Positions 59,023-64,000 of a stretch of 64,000 nucleotides of DNA are shown piece by piece. Source of the DNA: a virus. Its lineage: Duplodnaviria; Caudoviricetes. The notes beneath the pieces are model-generated. The model saw only the letters and a program-made list of their open reading frames with translations, made no database searches and was not told the DNA's origin. Positions within the stretch are counted from its first letter, which is position 1; the number at the start of each line of letters is the position of its first letter. The stretch lies in IMG/VR virus record IMGVR_UViG_3300046167_000798; one strand, given 5' to 3'. The translations under genes and the position numbers were made by a program.

Positions 59023-59880
59023 TTAAGTCCATGCAGAACACAAACCTCTTTCTTTAAACTCACACCAATCACAAGGTTTACCTTTGTTGGTAGGAAATTC
59101 TGTTTGTATTATCTCACCATTCTCACCGAATACCGAATCAACAAATCCCATAAAGTTTTTCCAAGCCATATTCATTGAAGGTTTACCATTTGCTGGAACG
59201 AACTTAGATATTCTTGGTATAGGGAAATCTGCTCCTTCCCATAACTTTCTTTTGAGTATTTGATATTCTACTTTTATTTTATCCAAAGGTATATCATACT
59301 TTTCAGAATAGAATTTTTTGTATAATAACATCTGAGAGGTTTTTACTTTATCATTCTTTTGGTATTTGTTCCAACCTCTTGTTGAAGTTTTTAAGTCAAT
59401 GATAATATAATCTTGTGTAGTTTTATCTTTTAGAAGTACATCAATAAAACCAATGAAATGAACACCTGGTTTAATCTCAGCGTTCAATCTTTGTTCTATT
59501 GCTACGAGTTCAAATCCACTCTTAGTGTATAACTTATCTAATTTACTTGTAAAGTACTTAAGTATTTTCTTTCCATCATCAAAGAATTCTACTAATTCTT
59601 CTTGGGTACATGGGTCATCTTCACCCATCTTATCTTTGTACTTCATGAAATGTTCTACAAGTTTAGAATGTAACATCTCTTCTAGGTTTAGTTGTAATGC
59701 CTGTTTTTTAGTTACATTATACATCACATCTAAGAAATGTTGAATCACTTCGTGCATAGCAGAACCAAAGATAAGATGAATATTAGCGTTACTAATACCT
59801 AACTTATCAATATAATTTAATTTGTATTGTTGTTGGCATGAACTATACATACCATACTGAGAATAACTTACTCTTGCCAT
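59023..59880 (-). CDS. PD-(D/E)XK nuclease (RecB/Cas4-like exonuclease)
   Basis: VSYSQ, GSAMH, GFIDV, IIDLKT, Q.LLY, C-terminal CDWCEF..C. Confidence 0.85.
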   Translation of the reverse strand: MARVSYSQYGMYSSCQQQYKLNYIDKLGISNANIHLIFGSAMHEVIQHFLDVMYNVTKKQALQLNLEEMLHSKLVEHFMKYKDKMGEDDPCTQEELVEFFDDGKKILKYFTSKLDKLYTKSGFELVAIEQRLNAEIKPGVHFIGFIDVLLKDKTTQDYIIIDLKTSTRGWNKYQKNDKVKTSQMLLYKKFYSEKYDIPLDKIKVEYQILKRKLWEGADFPIPRISKFVPANGKPSMNMAWKNFMGFVDSVFGENGEIIQTEFPTNKGKPCDWCEFKERGLCSAWT

Positions 59881-59885
59881 ACTTT

Positions 59886-60089
59886 TTATTTATGTGATTC
59901 AGTTGATACTCCATACTTCACTATATTGAAGTCTTCTAAACTTAGAGATTCCCACCAATCTAGTGATACCTCTTCATCATCTATGGATATAGAGAATTCT
60001 TTATCATAACCACCATCTTCTGTTTGAGGGTAAATTATTCCTTCTTTTGTGTCAAATACACTTCCTACTGATTCTAATACTATTAACAT
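59886..60089 (-). CDS. small acidic hypothetical protein
   Basis: Downstream of early promoter 60099-60155. Confidence 0.55.
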   Translation of the reverse strand: MLIVLESVGSVFDTKEGIIYPQTEDGGYDKEFSISIDDEEVSLDWWESLSLEDFNIVKYGVSTESHK

Positions 60090-60098
60090 ACTTTTATA

Positions 60099-60155
60099 TT
60101 TTAATTATCACTCATTTACTATGTAAATATACGAAAAAAAATCGAGACTGCCAAA
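60099..60155 (-). promoter_or_regulatory. early promoter plus conserved leader
   Basis: TTTGG…TTTTCGTATATTTACATAGTAAATGAGTGATAATTAA. Confidence 0.75.
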
Positions 60156-60158
60156 TAT

Positions 60159-60608
60159 TTAAACCTTTAATTTTAACTTAGTTATTTGTTTTTTATCAAT
60201 ACCATATTTCTCACAAATGTACTTTATATTTTCCCTACCTTCTTTCGTTGAGTAAAGTATTTCACAATAATCTTCTGCCTCTCTAATTGAAGAATTAAAA
60301 TCTTCTTTTAATAAATCAATTAACCAAGATTCATATTTATTAGATTTTTTTCCTTTTGTATATTTTAAAAAATATCTACCTTTTGGAATTAATCCTATTA
60401 AAGCAAGATAAAGTTGTTTGGGTTCTAATACTTGTGTATAGGGTTGTATCTCTGAAAGAACCTCAATCCAATCAGGATTCATAGAAAGAAAACGATGAAC
60501 CATATAGTTACTCCATGTTTTCTTATCATCATCTTCAAGTTTATCCCAATACTTAGGGTCTTGAAATTGTGTTACTGCTTTTATATGGTCAAATAAAGAT
60601 TTAGCCAT
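60159..60608 (-). CDS. T4 gp62-like clamp-loader small subunit
   Basis: NYMVHRFLSM…L.K.R.FLKY.K; near gp44-like gene. Confidence 0.6.
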   Translation of the reverse strand: MAKSLFDHIKAVTQFQDPKYWDKLEDDDKKTWSNYMVHRFLSMNPDWIEVLSEIQPYTQVLEPKQLYLALIGLIPKGRYFLKYTKGKKSNKYESWLIDLLKEDFNSSIREAEDYCEILYSTKEGRENIKYICEKYGIDKKQITKLKLKV

Positions 60609-60861
60609 TTTGTTTTAGTTCGTTTGGTAATAATTCTTGATTGATTTCACCACAATCACCACAAAGATATAATTCTACTGGTATGATTGCATCATTTTTT
60701 GTACCTGTAACTATCTTAGAAATCTTTAAGAACTTAGTACCTGGTATAAACACAGTACCACCACATTCTTGACATTTCATTTCTGTTGCCTTGGATAAAT
60801 CTATCTTTGGTTGTTGTGGAGGAAGTCCACCACCATCATTCATTCCTATAATTTTTGCCAT
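60601..60861 (-). CDS. small zinc-ribbon protein
   Basis: CQECG…CGDCG. Confidence 0.7.
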   Translation of the reverse strand: MAKIIGMNDGGGLPPQQPKIDLSKATEMKCQECGGTVFIPGTKFLKISKIVTGTKNDAIIPVELYLCGDCGEINQELLPNELKQNG

Positions 60862-60864
60862 AGT

Positions 60865-61146
60865 TTATTTATTTTTAATTTTATTAATAACTTTCTTTTC
60901 ATTATCCTTACCAATCTTTTCTGCTTTTTTTAATTCATCATCTGTAATTTCTTTACCTTGTTGTTTTAATGATAAAGAAGCAAATCTTTTAGTATGATAT
61001 GAACTGAGAGGTTTAGTGAATTGTTTTAAATACTCTGTTTTAGAATCTAAGTACTCTAAGAATCCTTCGAAATCTACTTTACCTAATTCATCTAATTCCT
61101 CATCACTAAGAGGATTATTTGGGTCGTATTTATAAGGTTGATACAT
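60865..61146 (-). CDS. hypothetical protein
   Basis: 93-aa ORF after early promoter. Confidence 0.6.
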   Translation of the reverse strand: MYQPYKYDPNNPLSDEELDELGKVDFEGFLEYLDSKTEYLKQFTKPLSSYHTKRFASLSLKQQGKEITDDELKKAEKIGKDNEKKVINKIKNK

Positions 61147-61160
61147 AATATATTTTATTT

Positions 61161-61199
61161 ACTATGTAAATATACGAAAAAAATACCAATTATACAAGC
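61161..61199 (-). promoter_or_regulatory. early promoter
   Basis: Sense GCTTG…TTTTTCGTATATTTACATAGT. Confidence 0.7.
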
Positions 61200-61498
61200 A
61201 ATTTTGATAAAACTTTTGTTACTATTTCTTTGGTATTTCCAAATTCATATGCAATTGATTTACCATTTTTGAAAGCAACTAACATTGGTATATCTGTTAA
61301 ATCAACCAACTTTCTACTTTTTGGTGCATTATCAGGATTAATATACACAAATGGTATTTCTTTATGTTCATTCGAAACTCTTTCAAACTCTGGTTTAAGA
61401 ACATCACAATATCCACACCAATCAGTACCAAACATTACCATAAGTTTAGGCTGTGTTCTTAATAGTACATCAAGTGAATCTGTTTCTACTTTTATCAT
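61190..61498 (-). CDS. thioredoxin
   Basis: WCGYC active site, cis-Pro IP, FKNG. Confidence 0.85.
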   Translation of the reverse strand: MIKVETDSLDVLLRTQPKLMVMFGTDWCGYCDVLKPEFERVSNEHKEIPFVYINPDNAPKSRKLVDLTDIPMLVAFKNGKSIAYEFGNTKEIVTKVLSKLLV

Positions 61499-61592
61499 AA
61501 TAAAGGGCCTGCACTACCACATTTGATTGCGGCTTTCATTCGTTGTTCTTCTAACCAAGTTAGATAGTTCCAAAGTTTCTTTAATTTCTTTA

Positions 61593-62543
61593 TCATAATA
61601 TACCAACTATTTGAATTATACAACTCATAAAGGTAATTTCTTTATCTACTACCAATGCATCTTTGTGTTGTGATTCAGAAAGAATGAGTATAATATTTGA
61701 TGTATTTCCACTACCATAATCATCTACCTTTTCATATAAGAATGTGTAAAGTTCTGTAAAATCTTGTGTACGAGAATCAGCAACTGCTTGTCTAATGTTT
61801 TTCCACTTGTTAGGTTTTGAATCTTTACCCTTAAGAATCTCAACTACCTTTGATTTTAAATCAGAATCAATTACAGAGGTTGTATCGAGTTTTAATTGTC
61901 CTTTAGATGAATTTAACTGACAAGTATTAATAATCTTTCTAATATCAGGATATGAACTATCAATGATAGGTACAAGGTCTTTTGGTTGAAAACCTACACC
62001 TTCTTTACCTAAAATCTGTGAGATTTGTACTGCAACATCTTTTTTAGTTGGAGGTACAATCTGAAACTCTTGTGTTCTACTTCTAATTGGTGAGATTACT
62101 TTCTCAACATAATTACAAGTTAGGATAAATCTACAATGTCTTGAAAACGTTTCCATCAAGTTTCTTAAGATTGCCTGTGCATTTGGTGTCATATAATCAA
62201 ACTCATCAAGTATGATTATTTTCATATCTTTGAAACCAACAGTTGAAGCAAATCCTTTTACTTTATTACGAACTGTATCTACATTGTTTTCATCAGATGC
62301 ATTTATAATGATATGGTCACAATCAATTGAATTTACAATTAACTTTGCCAAGGTTGTTTTACCTGTACCTGCTTTACCGAAGAATAAAAGATGAGGGATT
62401 TCTCCACTTTCAAGATAATCCTTTACCTTATCCTTTAAATGTTCATTACCAACATATTCTGTTAGTTTGGAAGGTCTGTACTTCTCTACCCATAGAGAGT
62501 TGTTTACCTTCTTAGTTGTGTTATTATCCTCGAAAAATGCCAT
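61593..62543 (-). CDS. clamp-loader ATPase (T4 gp44 / RFC small subunit-like)
   Basis: LWVEKYRP, GKAGTGKTT, NASD, ILDEFD, SRT (SRC-like) motif. Confidence 0.9.
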   Translation of the reverse strand: MAFFEDNNTTKKVNNSLWVEKYRPSKLTEYVGNEHLKDKVKDYLESGEIPHLLFFGKAGTGKTTLAKLIVNSIDCDHIIINASDENNVDTVRNKVKGFASTVGFKDMKIIILDEFDYMTPNAQAILRNLMETFSRHCRFILTCNYVEKVISPIRSRTQEFQIVPPTKKDVAVQISQILGKEGVGFQPKDLVPIIDSSYPDIRKIINTCQLNSSKGQLKLDTTSVIDSDLKSKVVEILKGKDSKPNKWKNIRQAVADSRTQDFTELYTFLYEKVDDYGSGNTSNIILILSESQHKDALVVDKEITFMSCIIQIVGIL

Positions 62544-62546
62544 TTA

Positions 62547-62771
62547 TTAAAATGTAGAGTTTTTTACTTCTTTACAAAAAGAACTTAATTTTTCTAATTT
62601 AGTAATGATAGATTGTTTTCTGTTTTCATCAATACCTCTTTTTGATTCTTCATTTAATTCATTAATGATATCACCTAATGATGAAGCCACCACATTCAAT
62701 CCATCCTCTTTTGAGTTAAGATAATGTTCAGCTATTCTGAACTTATTTGCTATTTCTTGTAAGTTTGCCAT
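62547..62771 (-). CDS. hypothetical coiled-coil protein
   Basis: 74-aa ORF. Confidence 0.55.
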   Translation of the reverse strand: MANLQEIANKFRIAEHYLNSKEDGLNVVASSLGDIINELNEESKRGIDENRKQSIITKLEKLSSFCKEVKNSTF

Positions 62772-62789
62772 TATAATTTATTTTTGTTT

Positions 62790-62824
62790 ATACAAATATA
62801 CGAAATTTATTTGGACTTTCCTAA
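62790..62824 (-). promoter_or_regulatory. early promoter
   Basis: Sense …TTTCGTATATTTGTA. Confidence 0.65.
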
Positions 62825-63352
62825 TAATTTCATAATTTTTTTTACTGTTTTCGGCCCAACCTCTATTTCATGATAGGGAACGTTGTTTTCTTCTAATACT
62901 TTTTTACACAATTTATCTATTTCAATTGATTGTTCTAACTTCTGAAATCTTTCATCATCATTGTGTATTGTTTCACCTCGTTTTAATAAGATATTGATAC
63001 TATCATATTTTTTATGTAAATCAATAACTAAATTATGGAAAGGTTCTCCATAAAATTCAGCAGGATATCCTTCTGTGTAATATCTGTGGTAAATGGTAGA
63101 AAATAAAATTGGTGAATCAATTATTATATAATCTACTTTACCATAACATTCTGCTATTCCTCTATGTTGGTTTGCAAATACATAAAGTTGGTCTGATATC
63201 GCTGGTATATTGTGGTCCCAAGCTAATCTTTTTGGGAACTCATAAGGATTATTACAACTTATGTGTTTCTTTTTGAGTTTGTAAGTGATACCATTTGCTA
63301 TTGAAGATTTACCAATACCTGGTCCACCGAATAAATTAATTAGTTTGCTCAT
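62807..63352 (-). CDS. NadR/AAA_28-type P-loop ATPase/kinase
   Basis: INLFGGPGIGKS, YEF, IIDSPI, R.Q..E.S..ID. Confidence 0.75.
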   Translation of the reverse strand: MSKLINLFGGPGIGKSSIANGITYKLKKKHISCNNPYEFPKRLAWDHNIPAISDQLYVFANQHRGIAECYGKVDYIIIDSPILFSTIYHRYYTEGYPAEFYGEPFHNLVIDLHKKYDSINILLKRGETIHNDDERFQKLEQSIEIDKLCKKVLEENNVPYHEIEVGPKTVKKIMKLLGKSK

Positions 63353-64000
63353 TTTTAAATATAGGGATTTCTACCATTTTGTGTTTGTTCTGATGGTGAA
63401 ACTTTTGGTAAATATTTATTACTTCTTTTTGTCTTTCTGTTATAGGCCCTCCTTTATATTCCATAGCCCATTCTAATTCATCATATGTTGCACCAATTTG
63501 ATTTTCATCTGTTCTTCCATCATCCCATAAACCATCTGTTGGTGGTGCATCAATTATTTCTTGGATTATGTTTAAAGATTTTGCAAGTTCTCTAACTTCT
63601 GATTTCATTAAATCAGCTATTGGTGAAATATCTACTCCACCATCTCCATACTTTGTATAAAATCCGATTCCGAAGTCTTCTACTTTATTACCAGTACCAA
63701 CAACTAATCCTTTGTTCATAGTTGCTACATGATATAAGGTTGTCATTCTCAATCTTGAACGAGTATTTGCAAGTGCTAAATTATCATCTTCGTTTAACCA
63801 CATCAATTTAAATGTTTCATATGTTTGAGTTAAATCGAATTCTAAGTTAATAACATTATCAAGTTGCCCTAACCACCACATATGACTGTTAGCTCTTTTT
63901 AGTTCTTTTTCATTTTGGTGAATTGGCATTGAAACAAGAATAGTGGGTTTCCCTGTCATCGCACATAGTGTTGAAGTTACTGCCGAATCTATTCCACCAC
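63336..64000 (-). CDS. nadE: NH3-dependent NAD+ synthetase (5' end beyond window)
   Basis: GGIDSAVTS (63961-64000), N..SRLRM..LY, VVGTGNKVE, FYTKYGDG, PPTDGLW..TDE.QIG.TY..L. Confidence 0.92.
   Translation of the reverse strand, partial: GGIDSAVTSTLCAMTGKPTILVSMPIHQNEKELKRANSHMWWLGQLDNVINLEFDLTQTYETFKLMWLNEDDNLALANTRSRLRMTTLYHVATMNKGLVVGTGNKVEDFGIGFYTKYGDGGVDISPIADLMKSEVRELAKSLNIIQEIIDAPPTDGLWDDGRTDENQIGATYDELEWAMEYKGGPITERQKEVINIYQKFHHQNKHKMVEIPIFKNEQTN

Noticed and set aside
59023-59880. Cas4 / CRISPR-associated call
   Set aside because: Stand-alone PD-(D/E)XK exonuclease typical of phage replication regions; no cas1/cas2 or array.
197-63476. All plus-strand ORFs of 60-98 aa in the track, plus minus-strand ORFs nested in other genes (27522, 41949, 50377)
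   Set aside because: They lie antisense to or overlap well-supported minus-strand genes and show no recognisable motifs.
1-64000. Stop-codon reassignment (as in some Bacteroidota phages)
   Set aside because: Known families are full length in code 11, and TAA, TGA and TAG all terminate genes at sensible positions; breaks are frameshifts, not in-frame stops.
1-64000. Bacterial chromosome, plasmid or giant eukaryotic virus origin
   Set aside because: gp44/gp62-like loaders, lone GroES, dense micro-ORFs, single-strand coding and bacterial promoters/lipoboxes fit a large phage. Capsid and terminase are not in the window, so this remains an inference.
1-64000. tRNA/rRNA genes
   Set aside because: No cloverleaf or T-loop (GTTCGA) context recognised; intergenic gaps are short or filled with micro-ORFs. 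tRNAscan was not run.

Overview
AT-rich (roughly 30% GC by eye), gene-dense 64-kb segment with essentially every real gene on the minus strand and frequent ATGA/TAATG overlaps. It is best read as part of a large lytic dsDNA phage with T4-like replication genes (gp44/gp62-type clamp loader), a lone GroES, a lysis-like cassette and head-protein-like genes. A Bacteroidota host, probably an aquatic flavobacterium, is indicated by about 12 TTG-N~20-TAnnTTT(G/A) promoters, DUF4494 and T9SS-like domains. Contents: dispersed modification enzymes (SGNH, methyltransferase, PhyH/2OG-Fe oxygenases, sulfotransferases, radical SAM, GT25); MTA/SAH nucleosidase + APRT; ferredoxin and FNR; a MoxR AAA+/vWA pair; a DUF2061-nucleotidyltransferase-CysC cassette; a late-promoter block with an ESVNE-punctuated polyprotein; a 9-kb secreted/outer-membrane module (two CsgG-like proteins, two cohesin/dockerin-like proteins each followed by a T9SS-CTD-like lipoprotein, an acidic low-complexity beta-barrel protein); a 15-kb sugar-nucleotide/glycosyltransferase island; and NadE at the right edge. 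Best novelty candidates: (i) the CsgG/cohesin-dockerin surface module; (ii) a shared C-terminal -LI tag on the dispersed modification enzymes; (iii) the polyprotein and N-terminal head-targeting-like leaders. At least five genes carry single-base frameshifts, mostly in short homopolymers, probably sequencing errors. All family calls are from motif recognition by eye, not database searches.
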